Notes: generated from the letters alone by a model not told the origin. 64,000 bases of DNA from Escherichia coli (GCF_044324785.1 NZ_CP172129.1), one strand, 5' to 3'; counted from the stretch's first letter, positions 21,484 to 33,359 are shown. A program made the numbers and translations.

Positions 21484-22845
21484 ATGACATTAGCAGCAAT
21501 CACCATGACCGCCCCAGAAGCCGCCAGCCCTGTGCAGATGTACCGCGCGACCTACTCACCGGATGACAACAAACTGCGCCTGTATGCTGCGTCACGTCTT
21601 GACCCGGAGACGTATAAAAAAGTGCATGATGCCGGTTTTCGCTGGGCACCAAAACAGGCGCTGTTTGTGGCTCCAGCCTGGACACCGGGCCGGGAAGACG
21701 TGCTCCTCTCACTTGCCGGAGAGATTGAGGATGAAGACAGCACGCTCGCTGAACGTCAGGAAGCACGGGCGGAGCGGTTTACCGGATACAGCGGAAAGCG
21801 GGCCAGTGAATCCGCACAGGCACTTGATGAAGTGGAAAGACTGGCCGCGATGATCCCGCCCGGTCAGCCCATTCTTGTGGGGCATCACAGCGAACGCCGC
21901 GCCCGTCGTGATGCGCAGCGTATTGAAAACGGCATGAAACGTGCCGTGATGCTCGTTGAACGTGCGGAATACTGGGAAGAGCGGGCGCGGTCGGCACTGC
22001 TTCACGCGAAGTATAAAGAACGTCCGGACGTTCGCTGGCGTCGTATCAAAAAAATCGAAGCTGATTTGCGCAAGGCTGAAAAGACCATCGCGCAGTCGCA
22101 GAAATATCTGACGATATGGCGGGCTGAATCGCTGGATCTGAATATGGCAAAACTCATCAGTAGTCATGACCGTATCAGTGCCTGTTTCCCGCTGGATACG
22201 TATCCGCGCCCGGCAGAAAAAAGCCAGTATGAAGGAAGTCGATCGTTATGGTCGGCCCTGGATGATGACATCATCACCACGGAGCAGGCCCGCGAAATTG
22301 CGATCCGCTGTCATAAACGGCAGATTCAGCATCAGCAACGCTGGGTTAACCACTATCAGAACCGCCTGATCTATGAGCGTGCCATGCTGGACGAAAGCGG
22401 CGGCGTGGTTACCCGGACACAGGATTTTGAGCCGGGCGGACAGGTTTTCAGCCGGGGCGAGTGGCTGACCATCATCCGCGTGAACAAAAGCAACGGGACG
22501 GTGAGTTCAGTCACAACGCCGAATTACAGTTTTCTCGGGTACAGTGGCACGATGAAAGTGACGCCCGATCGCATTACGGACTACAAAGCACCATCGGCAG
22601 AAGAGGCTGCCGTCGCCAGTCAGGCCGCTAAGCGTCCGCCTGTTGTCAACTATCCGGGAGAAGGTTTCCGGGAAATGACAAAGGCACAGTGGGCTGCCCT
22701 GCCCCGGGACTGTAAGGCCGTGCGCAGTGTGGCAGAGGCAGAAGACCACGGGGCATATCGTTACCGCCGCACAATGGACAATAATTTCCGCCTGGTGAAT
22801 GTGTATATCACCGACATGAAGATTACGGAAATCCCACAGAAATAA
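21484..22845 (+). CDS. Conserved leading-region protein (453 aa), possibly DUF3560-like
   Basis: ORF from track with SD ggaaggagaacattttATG; family name is from memory and unverified. Confidence 0.55.
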   Translation: MTLAAITMTAPEAASPVQMYRATYSPDDNKLRLYAASRLDPETYKKVHDAGFRWAPKQALFVAPAWTPGREDVLLSLAGEIEDEDSTLAERQEARAERFTGYSGKRASESAQALDEVERLAAMIPPGQPILVGHHSERRARRDAQRIENGMKRAVMLVERAEYWEERARSALLHAKYKERPDVRWRRIKKIEADLRKAEKTIAQSQKYLTIWRAESLDLNMAKLISSHDRISACFPLDTYPRPAEKSQYEGSRSLWSALDDDIITTEQAREIAIRCHKRQIQHQQRWVNHYQNRLIYERAMLDESGGVVTRTQDFEPGGQVFSRGEWLTIIRVNKSNGTVSSVTTPNYSFLGYSGTMKVTPDRITDYKAPSAEEAAVASQAAKRPPVVNYPGEGFREMTKAQWAALPRDCKAVRSVAEAEDHGAYRYRRTMDNNFRLVNVYITDMKITEIPQK

Positions 22846-22892
22846 GGTATATCCTCCCGGGAAAATCCCCGGGGGATGACGGAGATAATGAC

Positions 22893-23456
22893 ATGTACAG
22901 TCAGTTAAGAGAACGTATCCGGCTGATGCGCGCAAGGCTGGATAACGCCGCGCCGGTTGCTGAAATCCGGGCTGAATCTCAGCTTTTTGTGACTCCTGCC
23001 CCGGTCTGTGATCGCCTGGTGACGCTGGCGGGGATCAGCAACCGTGATCACATTCTGGAACCCTCTGCCGGCACCGGGGCCATACTGCGGGCGATTAGGG
23101 ATACCGCGCCGGTAGCCATGTGTGATGCGGTGGAAATCAACAGCGGGCTGGTCCGGTATCTGCGGGAAAATTTTAACGGTGTCAGGGTTCAGTGTGGCGA
23201 CTTCATGGAATGGCAGCCGGTGCAGTATTACAGCCGGGTTATCATGAATCCGCCGTTCAGCCACGGGCAGGATATCCGGCATATCCTGCGGGCCTTTTCC
23301 CTGTTGCGTCCGGGTGGCGTGCTGGTCGCCGTCTGTCTCAACGGGCCACGCCAGCAGGAGAAGCTGTTACCGTTTTCTGACGTCCGCGAGGAGCTGCCGC
23401 GCGGCACATTTGCTTATACCGATGTCCCGACGATGATTATTCGTCTGCGTGCCTGA
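22893..23456 (+). CDS. Orphan DNA adenine-N6 methyltransferase
   Basis: SAM-binding motif I EPSAGTGAIL and catalytic motif IV NPPF present; no adjacent restriction endonuclease gene. Confidence 0.7.
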   Translation: MYSQLRERIRLMRARLDNAAPVAEIRAESQLFVTPAPVCDRLVTLAGISNRDHILEPSAGTGAILRAIRDTAPVAMCDAVEINSGLVRYLRENFNGVRVQCGDFMEWQPVQYYSRVIMNPPFSHGQDIRHILRAFSLLRPGGVLVAVCLNGPRQQEKLLPFSDVREELPRGTFAYTDVPTMIIRLRA

Positions 23457-23699
23457 AGACTCCGGGCAGGCGGGAGGATAAATGCTCGTCTGCCCGCGCC
23501 GGGAAAAGACCGCGCGCCGGTGGCGCTGAAAGGGGCCGCGCTCACGCGCCGCCCCTTTCATTACGCGGAAATTCTGCTGTGGGCTTCTGTCTTTTCAGAT
23601 CTGTCATTTGTCTGTTACTGATGATGTTCCTGCTACTGCTACTGTTTTTCTTTTTTCTGCTGCTCTGATTACTGTCTGTCTTGTTCTTCTTCTGCCTGT

Positions 23700-24230
23700 G
23701 CCTTTTCCGGGCGTCCCCCTGGCGGGGCGGGCTGTCGTGAACGGAGCCAGCGGAGCTGTCTCCGCCCTGGCGGGCTTCCATCCCTGACGCAAAACCCCTG
23801 GCTTGCAGCGACTGTTCCGGTCGCGCGCCTCTGTCGCGCCGTGGCCTGCGCTCCTGGCATCCCGGCAAAAGGCCGCCGGGATGTAAGGCGCAACGCCGTT
23901 TCGCAAACCGCGCTTCACGTCGTTGCGGCGGGTCCCTGCCCGTTGTTATGTCCGGTGCCATTCACCTGTTTAAGCCCCTGTCGCCGGGGGCAAAGACAGC
24001 CACAACCGTCTCCGCCAGTCCAGGGGTGAAATGCACATCCCGCAAAACTTTTTGCCCAAAAGCAGGCAAAAACTTTTGCGGTCTGCCCCCGGACAGTCGT
24101 TTCCTGCCGTGGCAGTGATGCCCCTTGCGGCGAAGGTTTTCAAAAAGGTGATGGTGAATACCGGAGGGAACAAAAGGCAGGTCCCCGCAAAACGTCAAAA
24201 CCGCGGCTCCCGAAACTCAAAAGATGATGG
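23700..24230 (+). repeat. Frpo/ssi-like repeat copy 2 (putative single-stranded DNA promoter), preceded by CT-rich tract
   Basis: Same 5' ~300 bp as copies 1 and 3, divergent central segment; directly upstream of ssb. Confidence 0.6.
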
Positions 24231-24261
24231 GGCTGAAAACATCAACAGAAGGAGACACATC

Positions 24262-25090
<829 letters not shown>

Positions 25091-25153
25091 GAGAGGTGCC
25101 GGACGGGAATGCGTCCGGCAGACATACAACCATCCCGGTCAAAGGAGAAATAT

Positions 25154-27112
25154 ATGTCGGTTACAGAGTCTAAGACAAAAACGGAGCGTAAATCCAGCCG
25201 TAAACCGTCAAAAGAGCAGGAGACTGCCCTGTCTGCCCTGCTGGCGCAGACGGCGGAAGTGAGCGTGCCGCTGGCCTCACTGATTAAATCACCACTGAAT
25301 GTGCGCACGGTGCCGTATTCTGCGGAGTCTGTCAGCGAACTGGCGGAGTCCATTAAGGGCGTTGGCCTGTTGCAGAATCTGGTCGTGCATACCCTGCCTG
25401 GTGACCGTTACGGTGTCGCCGCAGGTGGTCGCCGACTGGCTGCACTCAACATGCTGGCAGAGCGTGGCATCATTCCGGCTGACTGGCCTGTCCGTGTGAA
25501 GGTCATTCCGCAGGAGCTGGCGACGGCGGCATCAATGACTGAAAACGGTCATCGTCGGGATATGCACCCTGCTGAACAGATTGCCGGATTCCGCGCAATG
25601 GCGCAGGAAGGCAAAACACCTGCACAAATCGGTGATTTGCTGGGCTATTCACCCCGCTATGTCCAGCGAATGCTGAAACTGGCTGACCTTGCGCCTGTCA
25701 TCCTCGATGCGCTGGCAGAAGACCGCATCACTACCGAACACTGTCAGGCGCTGGCGCTGGAGAACGACACCGCGCGTCAGGTACAGGTGTTTGAAGCCGC
25801 CTGTCAGTCGGGATGGGGCGGAAAACCGGATGTGCGGGTTATCCGCAATCTGATTACGGAAAGTGAAGTGGCGGTGGCGGGGAACAGTAAATTCCGCTTC
25901 GTGGGGGCTGATGCTTTCTCACCTGACGAACTGCGTACTGATTTGTTCAGCGATGACGGGGACGGTTATGTCGACCGCGTGGCGCTCGATGCTGCCCTGC
26001 TGGAAAAACTCCAGGCTGTCGCTGAACACCTTCGGGAAGCCGAAGGCTGGGAATGGTGCGCCGGACGCATGGAGCCTGTCGGTGAGTGCCGTGAGGATGC
26101 CGGAACATACCGCTGTTTGCCGGAGCCGGACGCGGTGCTGACGGAGGCGGAAGAAGAACGCCTGAACGAACTGATGACGCGTTACGACGCGCTGGAAAAC
26201 CAGTGTGAGGAATCCGACCTGCTGGAAGCAGAAATGAAGCTGATGCGCTGCATGGCGAAGGTCAGAGCGTGGACGCCGGAGATGCGTACCGGAAGCGGTG
26301 TGGTGGTGTCCTGGCGTTACGGTAATGTGTGTGTCCAGCGTGGTGTGCAGTTGCGCAGCGAGGATGACGCGGCTGACGACGCTGACCGCACGGAACAGGT
26401 GCAGGAGAAAGCATCAGTGGAGGAAATCAGTCTGCCACTGCTGACGAAAATGTCTTCCGAACGCACGCTGGCAGTCCAGGCGGCACTCATGCAGCAACCG
26501 GACAAATCCCTGGCACTGCTGGCATGGACGCTCTGCCTGAATGTGTTTGGCAGCGGAGCGTACAGTAAACCAGCACAAATCAGCCTGGAATGTAAACATT
26601 ATTCGCTGACCAGCGATGCGCCGTCAGGGAAGGAAGGTGCCGCGTTCATGGCGATGATGGCAGAAAAAGCCCGTCTTGCGGCCCTGTTACCGGAGGGATG
26701 GTCACGGGACATGACGACGTTCCTGTCACTCAGTCAGGAGGTGCTGTTATCCCTGCTCAGTTTCTGCACCGCGTGCAGCATCCACGGCGTTCAGACCCGC
26801 GAGTGTGGTCACACGTCACGCAGCCCGCTGGACACGCTGGAGAGCGCCATCGGTTTTCACATGCGTGACTGGTGGCAGCCGACAAAAGCAAACTTCTTCG
26901 GACACCTGAAAAAGCCGCAGATTATCGCAGCTCTGAATGATGCCGGACTGTCCGGTGCCGCACGGGATGCAGAGAAGATGAAGAAAGGTGATGCGGCTGA
27001 ACATGCAGAGCACCATATGAAAGACAACCGCTGGGTGCCTGGCTGGATGTGTGCACCACATCCACAGACGGATACCACTGAACGCACCGATAACCTGGCT
27101 GATGCCGCCTGA
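25154..27112 (+). CDS. ParB-like nuclease domain protein of the leading region
   Basis: ORF 25109..27112, start set at MSVTESK behind AAAGGAG; N-terminal ParB/Srx-like region (GLLQNLVVHTLPGDRYGVAAGGRRLAALNML). Confidence 0.65.
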   Translation: MSVTESKTKTERKSSRKPSKEQETALSALLAQTAEVSVPLASLIKSPLNVRTVPYSAESVSELAESIKGVGLLQNLVVHTLPGDRYGVAAGGRRLAALNMLAERGIIPADWPVRVKVIPQELATAASMTENGHRRDMHPAEQIAGFRAMAQEGKTPAQIGDLLGYSPRYVQRMLKLADLAPVILDALAEDRITTEHCQALALENDTARQVQVFEAACQSGWGGKPDVRVIRNLITESEVAVAGNSKFRFVGADAFSPDELRTDLFSDDGDGYVDRVALDAALLEKLQAVAEHLREAEGWEWCAGRMEPVGECREDAGTYRCLPEPDAVLTEAEEERLNELMTRYDALENQCEESDLLEAEMKLMRCMAKVRAWTPEMRTGSGVVVSWRYGNVCVQRGVQLRSEDDAADDADRTEQVQEKASVEEISLPLLTKMSSERTLAVQAALMQQPDKSLALLAWTLCLNVFGSGAYSKPAQISLECKHYSLTSDAPSGKEGAAFMAMMAEKARLAALLPEGWSRDMTTFLSLSQEVLLSLLSFCTACSIHGVQTRECGHTSRSPLDTLESAIGFHMRDWWQPTKANFFGHLKKPQIIAALNDAGLSGAARDAEKMKKGDAAEHAEHHMKDNRWVPGWMCAPHPQTDTTERTDNLADAA

Positions 27113-27163
27113 TGAACAACCACACCGCCCCGCCGGAGACGGGGCAGCAGCAAGGGAGATACC

Positions 27164-27601
27164 GTGATGAAAACTGAACTGACCCTGAATGTATTACAGA
27201 CCATGAACGCACAGGAATATGAAGATATCAGGGCTGCCGGAAGTGATGAACGCCGTGAGCTGACACACGCCGTGATGCGGGAACTGGATGCGCCGGACAA
27301 CTGGACGATGAATGGCGAGTACGGCAGCGAGTTCGGCGGCTTTTTCCCCGTCCAGGTCCGTTTCACGCCTGCCCACGAACGTTTTCACCTGGCGTTATGT
27401 TCACCGGGTGATGTCTCCCAGGTCTGGGTGCTGGTTCTGGTGAATGCCGGTGGTGAGCCGTTTGCGGTGGTTCAGGTACAGCGGCGGTTTGCACCGGAAG
27501 CAGTCAGCCATTCACTGGCACTGGCGGCGTCACTGGATGCGCAGGGGTACAGCGTTAACGACATCATCCATATCCTGATGGCGGAAGGAGGTCAGGTATG
27601 A
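27164..27601 (+). CDS. psiB: Plasmid SOS inhibition protein PsiB
   Basis: [53 protein letters not shown]... recalled as PsiB; followed by overlapping psiA. Confidence 0.85.
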   Translation: MMKTELTLNVLQTMNAQEYEDIRAAGSDERRELTHAVMRELDAPDNWTMNGEYGSEFGGFFPVQVRFTPAHERFHLALCSPGDVSQVWVLVLVNAGGEPFAVVQVQRRFAPEAVSHSLALAASLDAQGYSVNDIIHILMAEGGQV

Positions 27602-28317
27602 ACGCACGTTCACGGGCACTGGTTCCCCTCAGCACAGAGCAACAGGCCGCATGGCGGGCGGTGGCGGAGACGGAAAAACGCCGCCATCAGGGAAACACGC
27701 TGGCGGAATATCCGTATGCGGGAGCATTTTTCCGCTGTCTGAACGGAAGCCGCCGGATTTCGCTGTCTGACCTGCGATTTTTCATGCCGTCCCTGACCGC
27801 AGAAGAACTGCACGGCAACCGTCTTCAGTGGCTGTGTGCCATCGATGTGCTGATTGAAACACAGGGCGAGGTCTGCCTCCTTCCCCTTCCCGGCGATGCA
27901 GCAGAACGCTTGTTCCCGTCGGTGCGGTTTCGTGTCAGGGAACGCAGTCGCCATAAATCCGCGCTGGTCATGCAGAAGTACAGCCGCCAGCAAGCGAGGG
28001 AGGCAGAGCAGAAAGCCCGTGCGTACCAGGTGCTGGTTGCTCAGGCTGAAATCGAACTGGCATTTCATTCACCGGAAACAGTCGGAAGCTGGCATGCACG
28101 CTGGAGTGACCGGGTGGCAGAGCATGACCTGGAACCCCTGTTCTGGCAGTGGGGCGAGCGTTTTCCGTCACTGGCCGGAATGGAACGCTGGCAGTGGCAG
28201 GATATGCCATTCTGGCAGGTTATCGCGGAAGCCAGTCTGGCAGCCAGAGAGGCCGGTCATGCTGTCCGTGAGATGGAGCGGTGGATGGTGCCGAACAAAC
28301 TCCGGGAGGCAGCGTGA
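27598..28317 (+). CDS. psiA: Plasmid SOS inhibition protein PsiA
   Basis: 239-aa ORF overlapping psiB stop (ATGA), canonical psiB-psiA arrangement. Confidence 0.85.
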   Translation: MNARSRALVPLSTEQQAAWRAVAETEKRRHQGNTLAEYPYAGAFFRCLNGSRRISLSDLRFFMPSLTAEELHGNRLQWLCAIDVLIETQGEVCLLPLPGDAAERLFPSVRFRVRERSRHKSALVMQKYSRQQAREAEQKARAYQVLVAQAEIELAFHSPETVGSWHARWSDRVAEHDLEPLFWQWGERFPSLAGMERWQWQDMPFWQVIAEASLAAREAGHAVREMERWMVPNKLREAA

Positions 28318-28469
28318 TGCGGCAATAATCACACGGATTACCCGTGAACTGGTTGAACGACCAGATTATTTTCAGGGAAAGTGAGTGTGGTCAGCGTGCA
28401 GGGATATGAGCTATGATGTGCCCGGCGCTTGAGGCTTTCTGCCTCATGACGTGAAGGTGGTTTGTTACC

Positions 28470-28545
28470 GTGTTGTGTGGCAGAAGGCAGAAAGCCCCGT
28501 AGTTAATTTTTCATTAACCCACGAGGCCCCCTGTATGTCTGATCA
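28470..28545 (-). ncRNA. sok: Sok/FlmB antisense RNA (position approximate)
   Basis: Inferred from the conserved hok/sok architecture (antisense to the mok leader); not directly delimited in sequence. Confidence 0.3.
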
Positions 28546-28750
28546 ACAACAGTATGGCCTCTTACCGTGCTTAATGCAAGGAGGAGTAAACCATGAAACT
28601 ACCGGGAAACGCCCTTATCTGGTGCGTATTAATCGTGTGCTGCACGTTGTTAATATTCACACTCCTGACCCGGAATCGTCTGTGCGAAGTCCGGCTGAAG
28701 GACGGATACAGGGAGGTTACGGCAAGTTTGGCTTACGAATCCAGCGGTAA
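28535..28750 (+). CDS. mok: Mok/FlmC (modulation of killing) reading frame overlapping hok
   Basis: ORF 28451..28750 overlaps hok in a different frame and ends 4 nt before the hok stop; start set at internal MSDQQQ. Confidence 0.5.
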   Translation: MSDQQQYGLLPCLMQGGVNHETTGKRPYLVRINRVLHVVNIHTPDPESSVRSPAEGRIQGGYGKFGLRIQR

Positions 28751-28754
28751 GTAG
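28593..28754 (+). CDS. hok: Hok/FlmA family post-segregational killing toxin (53 aa)
   Basis: Translates [55 protein letters not shown] aaggagg upstream. Confidence 0.85.
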   Translation: MKLPGNALIWCVLIVCCTLLIFTLLTRNRLCEVRLKDGYREVTASLAYESSGK

Positions 28755-29090
28755 CAACCTGGAGGCGGGCGCAGGCCCGCCTTTTCAGGGCTGATGCTGG
28801 TCTGACTGCACTGAAGCGCCTTTATAAAGGGGCTGCTGGTTCGCCGGTGGCCCCTTTCTCCTTGCTGGCATTGTGCGGGCATGAACAACCAGACTGCCAG
28901 GAAGGCCGTTTCCCTCCGGGAACGGGGATGAACGTGCGCCTGCGGCGCCCGTTCTTTTCCCCCGCCTTCTCTGTTTATGACCTGTCAGAAATCACATCAC
29001 CTTCCCTTTGATTATTCTCTTTTTCCTCCTGTTCTGACTCTGATTACTGCTGCCCTGATTATTGTCTGTTTTGTTGTTCTCCTGCTTATG

Positions 29091-29630
29091 CCTTTTCCGG
29101 GCGTCCCCCTGGCGGGGCGGGCTGTCGTGAACGGAGCCAGCGGAGCTGTCTCCGCCCTGGCGGGCTTCCATCCCTGACGCGAAACCCCGGGCTTGCAGCG
29201 ACCGTTCCGGTCGCGCCGCCTCTGTCGCGCCGTGGCCTGCGCTCCCGGCATCCCGGCAAAAGGCCGCCGGGATGTAAGGGGCAACGCCGTTTCGCAAACC
29301 GCGCTTCACGTCGTTGCGGCGGGTTCCTGCCCGTTGTTGTGTCCGGTGCCATTCACCTGTTTAAGCCCCTGTCGCCGGGAGCTGATACAGCCACAACCTG
29401 CCGCACTGACTGTCCAGGGTAAATGAACAGCCCACAAAATTTTTTACCCAAAACCCGGTAAAAAATTTTGCGTTCTGCCCAGGACAGGTGCGTCAGGCCG
29501 TGGCAGTGATGCCCCTTGCGGCGAAGGTTCTCAAACAGGTGATGGTGAATACCGGAGGGAACAAACGGCAGGTCCCCGCAAAACGTCAAAACCGCGGCTC
29601 CCGAAACTCAACAGATGATGGGGGCTGAAA
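29091..29630 (+). repeat. Frpo/ssi-like repeat copy 3 (putative single-stranded DNA promoter), preceded by CT-rich tract
   Basis: Near-identical to copy 1 over its full length; directly upstream of ORF 29653. Confidence 0.6.
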
Positions 29631-29652
29631 ACCAGAGAGAGGAGAAAGCAGG

Positions 29653-29940
29653 ATGAGTACCCGAAATATCCACGTTAACATCGCGTCGTACACGCTTCTT
29701 GTTGCCGGGAAGAAAAAATACACCGGGGAAGAGTGGGACGTCCTGGAATTCAGCAGCCTGACTGAGCTGAAAAAATATCGCAAAAGCCACCCGGAAAAGA
29801 TGGCCTTCAGCTATAGCTATGCGCTCAGCCGGGGTGTGGATACGCAGTTCCGCCATATCAACATTGCGGAAGCCGATCACTTCAAACAGTTCCTGCGTCA
29901 GATTAAGCGTACCGGCCTCGATATCCGGGCTATCTGCTGA
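29653..29940 (+). CDS. Hypothetical leading-region protein (95 aa)
   Basis: ORF from track immediately downstream of Frpo-like copy 3. Confidence 0.5.
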   Translation: MSTRNIHVNIASYTLLVAGKKKYTGEEWDVLEFSSLTELKKYRKSHPEKMAFSYSYALSRGVDTQFRHINIAEADHFKQFLRQIKRTGLDIRAIC

Positions 29941-30058
29941 CCGGATGTGATGAATATCCCTCCTGATTGTTGCAATCTTGTTAATGGAGATCGGGAGGGA
30001 TGATATTAAGCGGAAAAATTTTTTATTAAATTTATTCTTTCATAAAGGAGTAGCTGTT

Positions 30059-30880
30059 ATGCGATTAGCTTCCCGTTTTGGTCGGTATAATTCCATCCGC
30101 CGTGAACGTCCTTTAACGGATGATGAATTAATGCAGTTTGTGCCTTCGGTGTTTTCCGGTGATAAACATGAGTCCCGGAGTGAACGTTATACGTATATTC
30201 CAACAATCAATATCATCAATAAGTTACGTGATGAAGGTTTCCAGCCATTCTTTGCCTGTCAGAGTCGGGTTCGTGATTTGGGACGTCGCGAATACAGTAA
30301 ACATATGTTACGTCTTCGCAGGGAAGGGCATATTAACGGGCAGGAAGTTCCTGAAATTATCCTGCTTAATTCACATGATGGTTCATCCAGTTATCAGATG
30401 ATCCCCGGAATTTTTCGTTTTGTCTGCACAAATGGCCTGGTGTGCGGAAATAATTTTGGCGAAATCCGCGTTCCACATAAAGGTGATATTGTCGGGCAGG
30501 TTATCGAGGGAGCGTATGAAGTGCTCGGTGTCTTTGATAAGGTCACTGATAATATGGAGGCGATGAAAGAAATTCATCTTAACAGTGACGAGCAACATTT
30601 ATTTGGCAGAGCTGCACTGATGGTCAGGTATGAAGATGAAAATAAAACGCCGGTGACGCCTGAACAGATAATTACTCCCCGTCGTCGGGAGGATAAACAG
30701 AACGATCTCTGGACAACCTGGCAGCGGGTTCAGGAGAATATGATAAAAGGTGGATTATCGGGGCGAAGTGCCTCCGGGAAAAATACCAGGACAAGAGCCA
30801 TTACAGGTATTGATGGTGATATAAGAATCAACAAAGCATTATGGATGATTGCCGAACAGTTCAGGGAGTGGAAGTCGTGA
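30059..30880 (+). CDS. Conserved leading-region protein, possibly DUF932 family
   Basis: ORF 29978..30880, start set at MRLASRFGRYNS behind aaaggag; strong terminator follows; family name from memory, unverified. Confidence 0.5.
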   Translation: MRLASRFGRYNSIRRERPLTDDELMQFVPSVFSGDKHESRSERYTYIPTINIINKLRDEGFQPFFACQSRVRDLGRREYSKHMLRLRREGHINGQEVPEIILLNSHDGSSSYQMIPGIFRFVCTNGLVCGNNFGEIRVPHKGDIVGQVIEGAYEVLGVFDKVTDNMEAMKEIHLNSDEQHLFGRAALMVRYEDENKTPVTPEQIITPRRREDKQNDLWTTWQRVQENMIKGGLSGRSASGKNTRTRAITGIDGDIRINKALWMIAEQFREWKS

Positions 30881-30890
30881 TAATATAGGT

Positions 30891-30925
30891 AAAGCCCCGA
30901 AAAATTTTCGGGGCTTTACTTATAT
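30891..30925 (+). terminator. Intrinsic terminator
   Basis: aaagccccgaaaaattttcggggcttt hairpin followed by T-rich stretch. Confidence 0.55.
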
Positions 30926-31175
30926 TGTCATCCTTCGGCATTGCTATGTCGTCTGATATGCCTCAATTTCATCAACTGGCTTTTCGGTAGTCTGTAAATA
31001 TTGTGCCCGCGAAAAATGGTCTGGCAGGAGGCTACGCAGTTACCGGATATATATAATATGGGTTCCCGCTTTGCGGGGCTTCGGCCAGTCAGCATTATCA
31101 CTCATATGATATTTTTGTGTGTGGCCTTCCATGCCGCTGTCGCGGCATAACCGGTATTTGACAATGTATACAATA

Positions 31176-31685
31176 TTAATTGTTCTGCACACTGTTCATT
31201 TGGGAAAGTGATTTCTTCGTGGTCGGAACCCGGATACCTTTACTGCTTTTTATCCCGGTATAAATCCGGTAAACATCTGATGCGTAGGCAAGACGCCTCT
31301 GGTTCTGGCGTTCGGTTTTCCTGAATCCGGCATTGTATGCACCAACGGCCTCCCAGGTGACGCCCCATTTTTTAAATGCTATTGCCAGATAATAAGCACC
31401 GGTATAAATGTTCATGCAGGGATCTGTTGTCATATGTTCCGGCTTAATTCCGTAGCGGGCCAGTTCGTTAAAATGCTGGGAATCTACCTGCATCAGTCCG
31501 CTGCCATATCCCGTTACCGGATTAATACCGATGGCATTAACCCGGTAACGGGATTCTTGCCATGATATTGCTCTCAGTAAATCAGGATCTATTTTGTAAT
31601 CCCTGCCTGCAAGATCAAAGCAATCAGTGGCCAGACAGATCTCATTTATAAACATCAGGCAGATGGCTAACATCCATTTTTTCAT
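31176..31685 (-). CDS. Lytic transglycosylase (F orf169/gene X homolog)
   Basis: 169-aa secreted protein with SLT-domain motifs (ISWQESRY ... GLMQV ... AYNAG); located next to oriT as in F. Confidence 0.8.
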   Translation of the reverse strand: MKKWMLAICLMFINEICLATDCFDLAGRDYKIDPDLLRAISWQESRYRVNAIGINPVTGYGSGLMQVDSQHFNELARYGIKPEHMTTDPCMNIYTGAYYLAIAFKKWGVTWEAVGAYNAGFRKTERQNQRRLAYASDVYRIYTGIKSSKGIRVPTTKKSLSQMNSVQNN

Positions 31686-31699
31686 TTTTCCACCTCTGG

Positions 31700-32099
31700 T
31701 GACTTTATCCGTAAATAATTTAACTCACTCCACAAAAAGGCTCAACAGGTTGGTGGTTCTCACCACCAAAAGCACCACACCCCACGCAAAAACAAGTTTT
31801 TGCTGATTTTTCTTTATAAATAGAGTGTTATGAAAAATTAGTTTCTCTTACTCTCTTTATGATATTTAAAAAAGCGGTGTCGGCGCGGCTACAACAACGC
31901 GCCGACACCGTTTTGTAGGGGTGGTACTGACTATTTTTATAAAAAACATTATTTTATATTAGGGGGGGCTGCTAGCGGCGCGGTGTGTTTTTTTATAGGA
32001 TACCGCTAGGGGCGCTGCTAGCGGTGCGTCCCTGTTTGCATTATGAATTTTAGTGTTTCGAAATTAACTTTATTTTATGTTCAAAAAAGGTAATCTCTA
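31700..32099. other. oriT: Origin of transfer oriT with nic region and TraM binding sites
   Basis: caccacaccccacgcaaaaacaag is the complement of the F-type nic sequence GCGTGGGGTGTGGTG (nick near 31776 on minus strand); downstream palindromes gcggtgtcggcgcgg...ccgacaccg and ataccgctaggggcgctgctagcggtgcg resemble R100-type TraM sites. Confidence 0.75.
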
Positions 32100-32483
32100 A
32101 TGGCTAAGGTGAACCTGTATATCAGCAATGATGCCTATGAAAAAATAAATGCGATTATTGAGAAGCGTCGACAGGAAGGGGCAAGGGAAAAAGATGTCAG
32201 TTTTTCAGCAACAGCTTCAATGCTTCTTGAACTGGGGCTTCGTGTACATGAGGCTCAGATGGAGCGTAAAGAGTCTGCATTTAATCAGACTGAGTTTAAT
32301 AAATTGCTTCTTGAATGCGTTGTAAAAACACAATCATCAGTAGCGAAAATTTTGGGTATTGAGTCTCTCAGTCCTCATGTCTCCGGAAATCCAAAGTTTG
32401 AATATGCCAATATGGTTGAAGATATCAGGGAGAAGGTATCATCTGAGATGGAACGATTTTTTCCAAAAAATGATGATGAATAA
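32100..32483 (+). CDS. traM: Relaxosome accessory protein TraM
   Basis: 127-aa ORF MAKVNLYISNDAYEKINAIIEKRRQEGAREKDVSFSATASMLLELGLRV... Confidence 0.9.
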   Translation: MAKVNLYISNDAYEKINAIIEKRRQEGAREKDVSFSATASMLLELGLRVHEAQMERKESAFNQTEFNKLLLECVVKTQSSVAKILGIESLSPHVSGNPKFEYANMVEDIREKVSSEMERFFPKNDDE

Positions 32484-32589
32484 AAGAAATTTGACTTCGT
32501 TCAAATATCAGAGTTTTTATGATTTAAAAAGGTGACAGTACGAAAGATAATTAGTATATTAATTACGTGGTTAATGCCACGTTAAAATT

Positions 32590-32668
32590 TGAAATTGAAA
32601 ATCGCCGATGCAGGGAGACGTGAACTCCCTGCATCGACTGTCCATAGAATCCTTTGTGAGGAGGTTCC
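32590..32668 (-). ncRNA. finP: FinP antisense RNA (position approximate)
   Basis: Stem-loop cgatgcaggga-gacgtgaac-tccctgcatcg and a second hairpin covering the traJ SD lie in the traJ leader; FinP is antisense to this region in F-like plasmids. Confidence 0.45.
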
Positions 32669-32669
32669 T

Positions 32670-33359
32670 ATGTATCCGATGGATCGTATTCAACAAAAAC
32701 ATGCTCGTCAAATAGATCTGCTGGAAAATCTGACGGCAGTTATTCAGGATTATCCAAATCCAGCCTGTATCAGGGACGAAACTGGAAAATTTATTTTTTG
32801 CAATACGCTGTTTCATGAGTCATTTCTTACACAAGATCAAAGTGCTGAAAAATGGCTTCTGTCGCAGAGAGATTTTTGTGAATTGATCTCTGTCACAGAG
32901 ATGGAAGCATATAGGAATGAGCATACGCATCTTAATCTTGTAGAGGATGTTTTTATTCAGAACAGATTCTGGACAATATCTGTCCAGTCATTTCTTAATG
33001 GACACAGAAATATTATTCTGTGGCAATTTTATGATGCTGCTCATGTTCGTCATAAAGACAGTTATAATCAAAAAACGATTGTCAGTGATGATATCAGAAA
33101 TATAATCAGAAGAATGAGTGATGATTCTTCTGTATCATCATATGTAAATGATGTCTTTTACTTATATAGCACCGGAATCAGTCATAATGCTATAGCAAGA
33201 ATATTAAATATATCCATCTCCACATCAAAGAAACACGCATCTCTGATATGCGACTACTTCTCTGTTTCTAATAAAGATGAGTTAATTATCTTACTCTACA
33301 ATAAAAAGTTTATTTATTATTTATACGAGAAAGCTATGTGTATCATAAATACGCGTTAA
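32670..33359 (+). CDS. traJ: Transfer operon activator TraJ
   Basis: ORF 32589..33359, start set at MYPMDRIQQKHARQIDLLENL behind gaggaggttcct. Confidence 0.85.
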   Translation: MYPMDRIQQKHARQIDLLENLTAVIQDYPNPACIRDETGKFIFCNTLFHESFLTQDQSAEKWLLSQRDFCELISVTEMEAYRNEHTHLNLVEDVFIQNRFWTISVQSFLNGHRNIILWQFYDAAHVRHKDSYNQKTIVSDDIRNIIRRMSDDSSVSSYVNDVFYLYSTGISHNAIARILNISISTSKKHASLICDYFSVSNKDELIILLYNKKFIYYLYEKAMCIINTR

